This document shows positions 53,182-62,584 of a DNA stretch of 64,000 bases, in pieces; the stretch's first letter is position 1, and each line of letters opens with the position of its first letter. Made by a program: the position numbers and the translations under genes. Source of the DNA: Candidatus Bathyarchaeota archaeon. GTDB taxonomy: Archaea > Thermoproteota > Bathyarchaeia > 40CM-2-53-6 > RBG-13-38-9. The notes under the pieces were generated by a model, which made no database searches, was not told the DNA's origin, and saw only the letters and a list, made by a program, of their open reading frames with translations. The stretch spans positions 103,243 to 167,242 of the forward strand of contig CAWECG010000003.1 of assembly GCA_963807605.1 (NCBI GenBank). Reading direction: 5' to 3'.

Positions 53182-55356
53182 TTGGTTAGGGAAGAAATCC
53201 AGTTAAGAGTGGCCGACGCGAAGCAAAGAGACGTAGGTCATGGAAAAGTAAGAGTCGACAATGAATCCATGCGAAAGTTGTCGGTGACTGCAGGGGACTT
53301 TGTCGAGATACGCGGCAAGAAGACTACCACCGCAGTCGTCTGGCCCGCTTATACTGAGGATCAAGGCCAGGATATCATCCGCATGGACGGGCTTCTCAGG
53401 CGCAACGCAGGCGTTGCCCTCAACGAATACGTGAACTTAAGGAAGGGCGAGGTCAAAGAGGCTCAGAGCATAATCTTCTCCCCCACTGACGTACGCCTGA
53501 ACATAGATGAGGAGTTTGTGAGTTTCGTCAAGAGAAGATTCATGGATATGCCCTTTGTGGAAGGGGACACCGCGATGCTCTCAATATTTGGCAGCGCAGT
53601 CCCCCTCGTTGTAACCAGAACCAAGCCCAAGGGCCCAGTCCGCATCACAGAGGAGAGCATGGTTCAGGTTCTCAGTGAACCAGCACCAGAGAGGAAGGGC
53701 ATCCAAATAGTGACATACGAGGACATTGGCGACCTCCACGCACAGATACAGCGAATACGTGAGATGGTTGAGCTGCCGCTGAGACACCCTGAACTCTTCC
53801 AGAAACTCGGCATAGACCCGCCAAGAGGTATTTTCCTCTACGGTCCACCAGGGTGCGGCAAGACCTTGCTTGCCAAGGCCGTCGCGAACGAGTCAGACGC
53901 AAACTTCTACGTAATCTCAGGCCCGGAGATAATGTCGAAGTTCTACGGTGAATCTGAGGCGAGACTCAGGGAGATATTCCAGAAGGCCCAGGAGACGTCG
54001 CCGAGCATAATATTCATCGACGAAATGGACGCGATAGCGCCCAAGAGAGAAGAGGTCACAGGCGAGGTTGAGAGAAGGGTCGTCGCCCAGCTACTCTCAC
54101 TCATGGACGGAATGAGCTCCAGAGAGAACATAATAGTGATAGGCGCGACAAACAGGCCCAACGCTATAGACCCAGCCCTACGCAGACCAGGAAGATTCGA
54201 CAGAGAGATAGAGATCGGAGTCCCTGACAAACAGGGAAGAACTGAGATGCTCCAAATCCACACCAGGAACATGCCCATGGCAGGAGACGTCGACTTCAAG
54301 AAATTGTCAGACATCACACATGGATACACAGGTGCCGACACAGCAGCCCTATGCAGAGAGGCAGCGATGAAATGCCTCCGCAGATATCTTCCAGAACTCA
54401 ACCTAGAGGAGGAACGGATCCCCGCAGCCATCCTTGACAAGATGGAGGTGAAGATGGATGACTTTATGCAGGGCTACCGTGACATCACTCCCACAGCTAT
54501 GCGTGAGGTCTACATCGAGGTCCCGACCGTTCACTGGCAGGATGTGGGAGGCTTAGACCAGGTCAAGGCTGAGCTTATCGAGGCTGTCGAGTGGCCGATC
54601 AAGAACTCTGAAATGTACAAGAGAATGGGAATCAACCCACCAAAAGGAATCCTATTATACGGGCCCCCAGGATGCGGAAAGACGATGCTTGCGAGAGCTG
54701 TTGCTACAGAGAGCGAAGCCAACTTCATATCGATAAAGGGCCCAGAGGTCTTCTCAAAGTGGGTTGGAGAAAGCGAGAAGGCGATACGCGAGGTCTTCAG
54801 AAAAGGACGTTCCGCAGCACCCTCAATAATATTCTTCGACGAGCTTGACGCAATAGCTCCAAGAAGAGGCATGGGCTACGCAGACTCTGGAGCCACCGAG
54901 CGCGTCATAAGCCAACTCCTAACGGAACTCGACGGCATAGAATCCCTGGAGAACGTCGTCGTGATAGCCGCATCGAATAGACCGGACATAATAGATCCAG
55001 CAGTTCTCAGGCCTGGAAGATTTGACAGGCTCATATTCGTCCCATCACCAGACCAGAAGACGGTAAAACAAATCTTAAAGATACACACAGCCAAAATGCC
55101 TCTCTCACCAGATGTTGATCTCGACCAGCTAGCAAGATCATCTGTCGGCTACTCCGGCGCAGACATCGAAGCGACGTGCCGAGAAGCAGCCGTGTATGCT
55201 CTGAGAAGAGACGTCAATGCAAAAGAGGTCACATGGATAGATTTCAAAGACGCTATGGCCAAGATCAGGCCGAGCATAAGCTCAGACATGAACGTATGGT
55301 ATCAGAGCTTCACGAAGAGACATACAGGCGAGAGAGCGTCTATACCAGTAACCTAG
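53182..55356 (+). CDS. cdc48: Cdc48/VCP-like AAA+ ATPase (N domain + D1 + D2)
   Basis: Double-psi-barrel N-terminus (RVDNESMRKLSVTAGDFVEIRGKKTTTAVVW) and two Walker A/B sets (GPPGCGKTLLA/IIFIDEMD and GPPGCGKTMLA/IIFFDELD). TTG start. Confidence 0.95.
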   Translation: MVREEIQLRVADAKQRDVGHGKVRVDNESMRKLSVTAGDFVEIRGKKTTTAVVWPAYTEDQGQDIIRMDGLLRRNAGVALNEYVNLRKGEVKEAQSIIFSPTDVRLNIDEEFVSFVKRRFMDMPFVEGDTAMLSIFGSAVPLVVTRTKPKGPVRITEESMVQVLSEPAPERKGIQIVTYEDIGDLHAQIQRIREMVELPLRHPELFQKLGIDPPRGIFLYGPPGCGKTLLAKAVANESDANFYVISGPEIMSKFYGESEARLREIFQKAQETSPSIIFIDEMDAIAPKREEVTGEVERRVVAQLLSLMDGMSSRENIIVIGATNRPNAIDPALRRPGRFDREIEIGVPDKQGRTEMLQIHTRNMPMAGDVDFKKLSDITHGYTGADTAALCREAAMKCLRRYLPELNLEEERIPAAILDKMEVKMDDFMQGYRDITPTAMREVYIEVPTVHWQDVGGLDQVKAELIEAVEWPIKNSEMYKRMGINPPKGILLYGPPGCGKTMLARAVATESEANFISIKGPEVFSKWVGESEKAIREVFRKGRSAAPSIIFFDELDAIAPRRGMGYADSGATERVISQLLTELDGIESLENVVVIAASNRPDIIDPAVLRPGRFDRLIFVPSPDQKTVKQILKIHTAKMPLSPDVDLDQLARSSVGYSGADIEATCREAAVYALRRDVNAKEVTWIDFKDAMAKIRPSISSDMNVWYQSFTKRHTGERASIPVT

Positions 55357-55369
55357 GAGCAACACGACT

Positions 55370-55609
55370 GTGGAGAAGCTGTGGGGGCCGCGACCAATAC
55401 AGAACGTGGTTGTAGAGATCCTCCAGAAGAAAGGAGCCATGACCGATGAGGATCTCGTCAGTGAACTTCGAGAATCATACGGGGATGTAAGCTTCAGAGA
55501 AGTGAACAGTATCCTGATGAAGCTGGAAGTTCAAGGAGTCGTCAGGGTCTCAAGACTTCTCAAGAAGAAGAGAAGGGTTGAATTAGTAACGGCCTCCTCA
55601 ACCAACTAA
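55370..55609 (+). CDS. small hypothetical protein (wHTH-like)
   Basis: 79-aa ORF immediately after cdc48, containing DEDLVSELRESYGDVSFREVNSILMKLEVQGVV. Start uncertain. Confidence 0.3.
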   Translation: MEKLWGPRPIQNVVVEILQKKGAMTDEDLVSELRESYGDVSFREVNSILMKLEVQGVVRVSRLLKKKRRVELVTASSTN

Positions 55610-55618
55610 CCATCAAGC

Positions 55619-56326
55619 TTAGCACTTCCTCTTTCTCAAGACATCCTTTCCATAACGAACAAGCGCCACCTCAAAATCTGTGAACGACCTGCCTTTTACT
55701 CCGCTCCTCACCCAGAGATTCTGAAGCTCTCTAAGAATCGCCCTCTTGTCACCATCATTCTTGACCTTTTTCCTAGTCAAACCTAGACTTTCGGCAGACT
55801 TAATCGCCAGTTCCTGCAATGGGGGATCGGCCATACCCCAGATTCCTCTCAGTTCTCTTAGAAAGATACTCGCAGTCACATCGCCTATTCCTTTGCCAAG
55901 CTCCTTAATCTTTGCCTCTAGATCTCCAGGAGTTGTAGCATCTAGATATAATCGGTTGAGATCACCCTGGTATCTTCTCTCAAGGTTGTTCACCACCTCA
56001 AGTAGCTTGGTGGCAGTCTTGAAATCATAGCGGGCATAACCGCCAGAGTCGAGGACCTCAACCAGTCTATCCCAACCAGCTTTCACTATACTCTTAGGGG
56101 TCGTAAGATCATTCGCAGCGAATTTGTAGTAGGTGTTAACGGCGATCTTCTCCGATATTCTTGCTCCAAACAGGATTGAGGCGAGGAACCATTTGAAGAC
56201 CTCACTCCTACTCGAGTCTTCTAGTGTGATGCCCAGTTCTGTCGAGAATCTATTCCCGAACCTATCTACCAGTTCGTCCACAGTCTCTCGAAGAGAATGC
56301 CTCTTTCGTATTTCAGAGTTCTTCAT
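55619..56326 (-). CDS. HhH-GPD-superfamily (endonuclease III/DNA glycosylase-like) protein
   Basis: Helix-hairpin-helix segment IKELGKGIGDVTASIFLRELRG in an all-helical ~235-aa protein. I prefer ATG 56326; the track start at 56416 would place a (GC)5 tract in coding sequence. Confidence 0.5.
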   Translation of the reverse strand: MKNSEIRKRHSLRETVDELVDRFGNRFSTELGITLEDSSRSEVFKWFLASILFGARISEKIAVNTYYKFAANDLTTPKSIVKAGWDRLVEVLDSGGYARYDFKTATKLLEVVNNLERRYQGDLNRLYLDATTPGDLEAKIKELGKGIGDVTASIFLRELRGIWGMADPPLQELAIKSAESLGLTRKKVKNDGDKRAILRELQNLWVRSGVKGRSFTDFEVALVRYGKDVLRKRKC

Positions 56327-56367
56327 TTTCTCTGATCTTTTCGTTAATGTGTCGTCAACTATTTTAG

Positions 56368-56377
56368 GCGCGCGCGC
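56368..56377. repeat. alternating-GC element (GC)5
   Basis: ttTAGGCGCGCGCGCTgt, about 42 nt upstream of the preferred start of the HhH-GPD-like gene. Confidence 0.85.
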
Positions 56378-56877
56378 TGTCCAAACACAAATGGATTCCC
56401 CGGTTAGTTGGGTCAAAGCGCGGGCTGAGATATGAACCCACTATTTATTGGGGTTAATCCCCTTTTATCGTCGGTTCGAGTAAGTGGGGGGTCACTTATC
56501 GTTGGGCGAAAGCTTAGGGTTTACCATCCGGAATTCGTATGACAGTTTTGGTCCACCTGTCGCGTGATACAACGCTGCAACGTCTACTTGAAGCCAAAAA
56601 TTGATCCCAAGAGACAACGTCGCCTCTCGTTTGAACGTTTCAGAACTGAGCGCGTTTCAACGAGTCTCTAAGGGCCTTTCGTCCAAAAACTTCCGCATGC
56701 ATTGCGAGAATGCCAAGCAATCTCTCTTCCCATTCTTTCTGAGATTCTCTAATTCGTTTCGATAGTCTTTCCTGGGTTTCTCTGTCTCGTCTAGTTATTA
56801 AATACTTAGGGCAGCTATCTCATAGCATCGAATCGATATAGAGGTACATCGGAAAAAAAGAGATAGGAGATTGAGTA

Positions 56878-57744
56878 ATGGTCATTCAAGGGACGAAAAC
56901 TCATGCTGTCCCATTGACCAGCGAGCCGATTTTTCCGGAGAGTAGCGATGCCCTAGACATGGTGTCTGAGGCAATTGAGACTCATCGTCTAACGAAACGA
57001 TTCAACAGCTTCACTGCGGTTGACCGCGTTGACCTCAGCGTGCACAAGGGAGAGATTTACGGATTTCTTGGCCCAAACGGAGCGGGCAAGACCACAACGA
57101 TAAGAATGCTTTGTACCTTGTTGACCCCCTCATTCGGAAGCGCCAAGGTTGCCGGATACGATATTACTCGCCAAGCAAATGAGGTCAGGAAGAAAATCGG
57201 GCTGGTTTCCGAGAAGCTGATAATGTACCCTCGGCTAACGGCTTTTGAGAACTTGATGTTCTTTGGCAGCCTATACGGAATAAATCAGGATGCACTGCGA
57301 AAAAGGACAGACGAACTCTTAGACATGGTTCAGCTTACTCCATTCAAGGATAACCCTGTGGGCGGTTACTCAAGTGGAATGAGACAGAGGGTTAATGTTA
57401 TTCGAGCGCTGCTGCACGATCCGGAAATAATCTTCTTAGACGAGCCCACGATGGCACTTGATCCTCAAAGCACGCGCTTCGTTAGGGATCTCGTAAAAGA
57501 ACTGAAGGAAATGGGGCACACTATCGTCCTGACCACACACATAATGGAAGAAGCTGATGAACTCTCAGACAGAATTAGCATAATTGACCATGGCAAGATG
57601 ATAGCGACAGACACGCCTCAAGAACTCAAGAACAAATACAAAGCGGACAATCTACTCGATGTCTTCTTGACTCTCACAGGTCGCGAATTAAGAGACTCAG
57701 CCTCTGATCGCATTCCCATGCGCAGGGTGATGGGGAGGATATAG
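56878..57744 (+). CDS. ABC transporter ATP-binding protein (ABC-2/DrrA-type)
   Basis: Walker A GPNGAGKTT, signature YSSGMRQR, Walker B IIFLDEPT. Confidence 0.9.
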   Translation: MVIQGTKTHAVPLTSEPIFPESSDALDMVSEAIETHRLTKRFNSFTAVDRVDLSVHKGEIYGFLGPNGAGKTTTIRMLCTLLTPSFGSAKVAGYDITRQANEVRKKIGLVSEKLIMYPRLTAFENLMFFGSLYGINQDALRKRTDELLDMVQLTPFKDNPVGGYSSGMRQRVNVIRALLHDPEIIFLDEPTMALDPQSTRFVRDLVKELKEMGHTIVLTTHIMEEADELSDRISIIDHGKMIATDTPQELKNKYKADNLLDVFLTLTGRELRDSASDRIPMRRVMGRI

Positions 57745-57748
57745 CCAC

Positions 57749-58960
57749 ATGCTCAGCGAACTTCGAACTTTTTTGATAGCTCTCAAGATAGCACGGCGTG
57801 ACCTCCTGGACCTGTGGAGGGCAAAGATGCTTCTGTTCAGTTTCCTTTTGATGCCCCTCTTGCTGATGGCGATGTTTGGATATATGTTCCCGACCACGCC
57901 GAAAGCAAACCTTGCAGTCGGTAACATGCCCACAGCTTACCCCAACCTACCGATAGCTTTGGTCCAGGTAGACCAAGGTTCCCTTGCAAACGCTGTTGCG
58001 AATCAATTCGTAAACATTGCCCAGGCACAACAGCTATTCCGAGTATCGGAAATGGTTAGCTATCAGACGGCAAGGGATGGCATCGTACGGGGTACAATTT
58101 CCGGAATTGTCGTCATACCTGAGGGGTTCACAGCCGCGATCAGGTCTGGGATGCAAGCAACTGTGCAAGTAACCGTCGATGAAACTAACCCGCAGATTGC
58201 GGTAGTCGTCCAAGCTGAAATAGCCACAGTCTTCGGCGTGATATCATCAAGTATTTCGACAACGACTATGAGGAATACTATGGGCAACCACATCAACCCG
58301 ATCTTTCTTCTTGAACCAATTTCCATTGCCCATGAACCGTTGATTTCTGGGTCTTCTACGACATTCCAATTCCTGGCGCCGGGGTTTATGGCGCTTACTG
58401 TGGTCTTCGGGGCTTTGTCAGGAGTTGGTTTTGCGATATCACGAGAAAGAGAGCAAGGCACCATGGACGGTCTTTTGGTCTCCCCCATAACTAGGAGTGC
58501 GGTGATTTTCGGCAAAGTTCTTTCTCAGACTGTGAGAGGATTGATTCAAGCTTTTCTAATCTTGGGGCTTTCGATGCTGCTCTTTGGAGTGAGGATCTAC
58601 GGGAGCCCGTTACTGATGGTGCTCACAATGGTCCTGGGGGTGACGAGTTTTGTGGGGGTTGGGATAATTCTCACATCGTTTGCGCCAGAACAAGAGACTG
58701 CCCAAATGATGGTTATCCTGCTGCAATTTCCTATGATGTTTCTCAGTGGCATAATATTCCCGGTGAGCTCGCTTCCAGACTGGATGCAGTGGATAGGAAA
58801 ATCTATGCCGCTGTATTATGCTGCTGACGCACTCAGAAAAGTAGTCATATTAAACGCTGGCCTCAACGTGATAGGAATGGATCTAATGATCCTTGTTGCC
58901 TATGCGCTCGTAACATTGACAGTAGCGGTACCCCTCTTCGAGAAAGCAATGACTCGCTAA
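57749..58960 (+). CDS. ABC-2-type transporter permease
   Basis: N-terminal TM helix, a large extracytoplasmic loop and five C-terminal TM helices. Immediately follows the ATPase gene. Confidence 0.85.
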   Translation: MLSELRTFLIALKIARRDLLDLWRAKMLLFSFLLMPLLLMAMFGYMFPTTPKANLAVGNMPTAYPNLPIALVQVDQGSLANAVANQFVNIAQAQQLFRVSEMVSYQTARDGIVRGTISGIVVIPEGFTAAIRSGMQATVQVTVDETNPQIAVVVQAEIATVFGVISSSISTTTMRNTMGNHINPIFLLEPISIAHEPLISGSSTTFQFLAPGFMALTVVFGALSGVGFAISREREQGTMDGLLVSPITRSAVIFGKVLSQTVRGLIQAFLILGLSMLLFGVRIYGSPLLMVLTMVLGVTSFVGVGIILTSFAPEQETAQMMVILLQFPMMFLSGIIFPVSSLPDWMQWIGKSMPLYYAADALRKVVILNAGLNVIGMDLMILVAYALVTLTVAVPLFEKAMTR

Positions 58961-59390
58961 ACCGGAAATTTACGGTGATGAACATCGGGGGTCCGCCTGT
59001 GTGAGTGCGCCCGTATGCACCTAGAAAATTAAGTGAATCCAACAAGAAAATGCAATCCTAATTGCACTGCTTGGAAGAGTATTTGAGTTTTAGGAAGGAA
59101 GAGTCCGACGGGATTCGATGCGTTATTGTTACCGGATTTAGACTCAATTCAATTAAGTTTTGTACCTGTTTTCAGGAACGTTAATGTGGTGGACCGGGCG
59201 GGATTCACACCGTTTTCGGTGCTAGAATCGGGTACAAAAATCACGCAGGTTCAAATCCCAACGGATTCAAACTTGTTATAAGACCTGAACCTTATTGATG
59301 GCGGGCCCGCAGGTATTTCACCATATAAATGGTCAGATACGTGCTGAATTTGCATCCAGACGTGTACAAATCAGTACAATACTAGCGCGC

Positions 59391-60495
59391 GGGGTTGTCC
59401 CGTTATTAGCGTTTTCATGTTAGGTTTGTCCAGTAGGTTATGCTTCTGGTTTTGGTGGGTTGTTTGGTGTTGTGTGAGGCTTCTATGGTGTAGAGGAGGC
59501 ATAGTATGCAGTAGCTGATGTGGATGGTGATGTTTTCTAGTCCTCGTGTCTTGTGGTTGTTGAGGTTGAGGTGTTCTTTGAGTGATGCGAAGACCAACTC
59601 GATGATGGAGCGTTTATTGTAGATGTGTTTGAGGTTTTCTGGGCCGTGTGTTTTGAAGTCGCTGGTTACTCTGAGGATGTTTTGTCTTTCAGGTTTCTGG
59701 TTGGCTGGGTAGGGTATCGCGGTCTTGATTCTGTGTTTTTTAGCGGTCTCTCTGAGTCTGTTGCTGGAGTATTGACTGTCAGCGGTTAGCTGTCGGATTC
59801 TGGTTGCTGTGGTTTTAACTGTCATTTTGAGGAGTGGTATGCTCGGTTTCTTCTCGTTAGTGTTTGCTGGTGTCACTAGGAATGTTAGGGGTGTGGCTGT
59901 GTCTGTATCGACTGTTAGGTGTAGTTTGTAGCCTAACCCGTATGTGCGGTAGGCTCTTCCTACACGTGCTTGAGGGTCACTGAAGCCTGTTCTATTGTTT
60001 ATGTTTCGTCTGCTGTAGGCTTTGATGAAGGTGGCGTCCATAGCAACTATTCTTGGTGTTACATAGCGCTTCTTCAGCAATTTCTTGACCTGTTTGTTTA
60101 CTATGCGTCTTAGTCTTCTTGTTCCTAGTCGCTGGTTGAATCTTGAGAGTACCGTCCTACCGTAGGCTGGCTCCTCATATCTTATGTCGCATATGTCACG
60201 TAGCCGCTCATCGATCCATAAGCGATGTTCAAGCTCACGCAGACTGTTTATTCTGAGGTAGCGTCTGGCAAGGTGTGCCTTGAAGAGTCCTAGAGGGTTA
60301 CGTGGAGGTTTACCTGGACCTTCTTGATGATAGCAACTAACAACTAGACGTTCAACAAATGATAAATCCAGATTACTCAGCAGTGACTCCAGAGTCTCGT
60401 ACCCTTCTATCTGGAATCTCCTCCAAGTAGAAGGGTGCGGGGCTCAACCCTTATGGATCTTTCCGTGTCAACTCAAAGAATATCGGGACAACCCT
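59391..60495 (-). mobile_element. IS4/IS5-superfamily insertion sequence (1105 bp), 17-bp imperfect IRs, 6-bp GCGCGC target duplication
   Basis: GGGGTTGTCCCGTTATT (59391-) against the reverse complement of 60479-60495, AGGGTTGTCCCGATATT (15/17). Flanked by GCGCGC at 59385-59390 and 60496-60501. The reconstructed empty site is aatacTAGCGCGCTAcatt. Confidence 0.8.
59415..60443 (-). CDS. DDE transposase (DUF772-like N-terminus + DDE_Tnp_1 core); frame open for 342 codons but no canonical start in the first 121
   Basis: The track ORF (59415..60080) starts at an internal TTG. Hand translation upstream in the same frame gives ...LDLSFVERLVVSCYHQEGPGKPPRNPLGLFKAHLARRYLRINSLRELEHRLWIDERLRDICDI..., the typical IS5-type N-terminal domain, back to the TGA at 60444-60446. 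Confidence 0.7.
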   Translation of the reverse strand, partial: APHPSTWRRFQIEGYETLESLLSNLDLSFVERLVVSCYHQEGPGKPPRNPLGLFKAHLARRYLRINSLRELEHRLWIDERLRDICDIRYEEPAYGRTVLSRFNQRLGTRRLRRIVNKQVKKLLKKRYVTPRIVAMDATFIKAYSRRNINNRTGFSDPQARVGRAYRTYGLGYKLHLTVDTDTATPLTFLVTPANTNEKKPSIPLLKMTVKTTATRIRQLTADSQYSSNRLRETAKKHRIKTAIPYPANQKPERQNILRVTSDFKTHGPENLKHIYNKRSIIELVFASLKEHLNLNNHKTRGLENITIHISYCILCLLYTIEASHNTKQPTKTRSITYWTNLT

Positions 60496-60676
60496 GCGCG
60501 CTACATTATTGAAAAAAATATCGTGTATAGAAGCATGCAGATGCACCCGCAGTGGGATACCTTTTAGTGTTTTTACCAAAACAGTGGCTGAAATAAAAAC
60601 TGGTACATGTAAATAAGCAGTTGACACAGACAACCAGTACAGGAAATAAGTATTGCATAAACGTAAGATAAGTATG

Positions 60677-60686
60677 TAGCGCGCGA
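60677..60686. repeat. alternating-GC element TAGCGCGCGA
   Basis: Lies in gene-free AT-rich DNA between the IS and the pfk remnant. Confidence 0.9.
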
Positions 60687-60910
60687 GAGTCAGAGGTACT
60701 TCCTCACAAGTATCTTGCTGTTTACTGTCAGTCGGCAGGTATAGTCTACAAACTTCTATTAGGTTTACTTCTTTTACGGGCGGTGTTGTTTCTTTTTTCT
60801 TCTGTTATATGGGAAACTGCTAATTTTTCTATTGGAAATTTGCACTTATACTTCTTTTATGGTGTCTGCAGCCTATACTCGTTTACTTGTTTGCTTCTTC
60901 ACTTCTTTTT

Positions 60911-60922
60911 TAGCGCGCGCGC
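60911..60922. repeat. alternating-GC element TAG(CG)4C / (GC)5
   Basis: Lies about 80 nt past the stop (61002) of the pfk remnant. Confidence 0.9.
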
Positions 60923-61001
60923 AACTAGCTTGATTGTAGGAAAACACGGAATGAAACTAGAAAGAACTGCCATCTTAGATGGTTTATCGCATTTAGGGAG
61001 T

Positions 61002-61319
61002 TTATCCAAAGAAAATCTTTGATATTTCATATATCTCGCGGTCAACTGTCTTAAGTCTTGAAACAGCTTTTTTCAGAGGCACGGGCACAATCCTATTACC
61101 CTTTAAGCTTACCATGTAGCCGAACTTCTTCTTAGCCACAAGGTCTATCGTCGCCACCCCAAATCTTGTCCCTAGAACCCTGTCAAAGGCCGTCGGTTCA
61201 CCACCCCGTTGTATGTGACCTAGAATTGTGGCTCTGGTTTCAAGCCCTGTTTTTTTCTCTATCTCTCTCGCCAAATAGCCTCCTACCCCCCCAAACCTGG
61301 CGTGGTCGAATTCGTCCAT
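61002..61319 (-). pseudogene. pfkA: 6-phosphofructokinase (PfkA family), C-terminal ~105-aa remnant only
   Basis: [35 protein letters not shown] matches the PfkA C-terminal region (E. coli [28 protein letters not shown]). The N-terminal ~220 aa are absent, with an in-frame TGA just upstream of the first Met. Confidence 0.75.
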
Positions 61320-61358
61320 CGTACACTGCTGGTTTCCATTTCATGTAGCTCAAACGCA

Positions 61359-61370
61359 TAGCGCGCGCTA
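61359..61370. repeat. perfect 12-bp alternating-GC palindrome TAGCGCGCGCTA
   Basis: Its last three bases (61368-61370, cta) are the TAG stop of the minus-strand glycosyltransferase. It lies 40 nt upstream of the pfk-remnant start. Confidence 0.9.
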
Positions 61371-62393
61371 GAGTTTCTGGAATAATTCGATGTATCTCTC
61401 AGCTATCTTCTCGGCCGTACTCTTCCTGACATACTTTTCCGCTGCTTGGATAGTTTCCGCCAACATGTCACCGCTTTCCATCACCTCAATGACGCATGCC
61501 TCGAATTCATCCGCTGTTCTGTACTTTAGGATCTCCTTATGGAAGTTCTCAAAGAATGGTGAGTCCAACGCTATGATTGGGCAGCCTGAACCAAGGCATT
61601 GATGGGCTGTGCTCGAAACGACTGCTTTCGTCTCAACCTGTCTATTGAGAATAAGAGCGTCGGAGGCGTGCAAGTAGTCGTAGAGCCTCCCTATATTCGG
61701 AGCTTCGTTCCTGATATCCACCTGAATGTTGCTGGCCACTATCCGATTTGGTGCATGGATGCTGACTACTAGGAGTAGAATGGGGTAGCGTCTTCCCAGC
61801 GTTGAGATGCTCTGCAGCAACTCAAGGTCTTCCTTGACGTGTTGACCGAATACCAGCAGGATTTCCCTATTCAGCGGCAGACCCAGTTTCTGTCTGACCT
61901 CCATTTTATTCCCTTTTACAACAGGGTGACATGGGAAGGGTATGACATCGATTATCTCTTCCGGGAAGGCCTCCCGAAGAAACTTCCTGTATCTCTGGTC
62001 GAAGCAGACTATCGATTCCCATTGAAACTGGTAGAATGAAGGGTCGGAGGGAAGTTTAGCCTCATGTATTATGTTCACGGTTCTAGCTTTTTTTCTAATG
62101 TGGTGAAAGATCTTCTTCAACTCGTCTCTTGGAAGCATACCGAGGTTCTGAACCACGAAAATATCGTGATCAGAACTCAATATTGGTCGAGGATCAAGGT
62201 ATCTACTGACTCGGAAACACCTGGTGACGTAGGTCTCATCCTCTCCCACGAATGTGGTTCCATGGAAACCTGATTGAAGATAGGAATAGAGCCGGAGATC
62301 ATGCCCTTCTCTAACCCATTCTCTTCCTATCAGCTCGGCGTGAACGGAGGAACCTGCATCAAGGTTCCAAGCGCCCATCATACCAATCTTCAA
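61368..62393 (-). CDS. GT-B-fold glycosyltransferase-like protein (paralogue 1)
   Basis: MKIGMMGAWNLDAGSSVHAELIGREW... Two Rossmann-like halves with the C-terminal pattern LYDYLHASDALIL...SSTAHQCLGSGCPIIA. TTG start. Confidence 0.6.
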   Translation of the reverse strand: MKIGMMGAWNLDAGSSVHAELIGREWVREGHDLRLYSYLQSGFHGTTFVGEDETYVTRCFRVSRYLDPRPILSSDHDIFVVQNLGMLPRDELKKIFHHIRKKARTVNIIHEAKLPSDPSFYQFQWESIVCFDQRYRKFLREAFPEEIIDVIPFPCHPVVKGNKMEVRQKLGLPLNREILLVFGQHVKEDLELLQSISTLGRRYPILLLVVSIHAPNRIVASNIQVDIRNEAPNIGRLYDYLHASDALILNRQVETKAVVSSTAHQCLGSGCPIIALDSPFFENFHKEILKYRTADEFEACVIEVMESGDMLAETIQAAEKYVRKSTAEKIAERYIELFQKL

Positions 62394-62584
62394 ACGTTAC
62401 ATCTTCTAGGCATAAGCGTTCAATTCAGGAACTCCGGCACTACAATGTCTGCACGTTGATGGAGTTTCCAAAAGGTTTCTTAGTTCCTGCGTTATGAAAT
62501 AGTGTGAACGAGAAAGATAAAGATGTGAAAACAGAAGATTTGGAATGCAGTAACCTTCCTTGGTAGGGCTCTAATCGACGAAGA

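Noticed and set aside
53463-55094. Antisense and alternate-frame ORFs inside cdc48. The same applies inside metG, ppk1, the CHAD gene and pstA/pstC.
   Set aside because: These are shadow ORFs within strongly supported conserved genes.
59100-59290. tRNA-like fragments. GCAGGTTCAAATCCCAACGG (59246-59265) has a T-loop-like GGTTCAAATCC. CGGGATTC-type motifs recur three times. On the minus strand there is ...GGTGTGAATCCCGCCCGGTCCACCA ending in CCA.
   Set aside because: I tried to fold each one. The T-stems do not pair (GCAGG vs CCCAA; AACGG vs CCCGC), and no matching acceptor 5' strand, D-arm or anticodon arm could be found. At best these are degraded tRNA/att remnants next to the IS. tRNAscan/Infernal would settle it.
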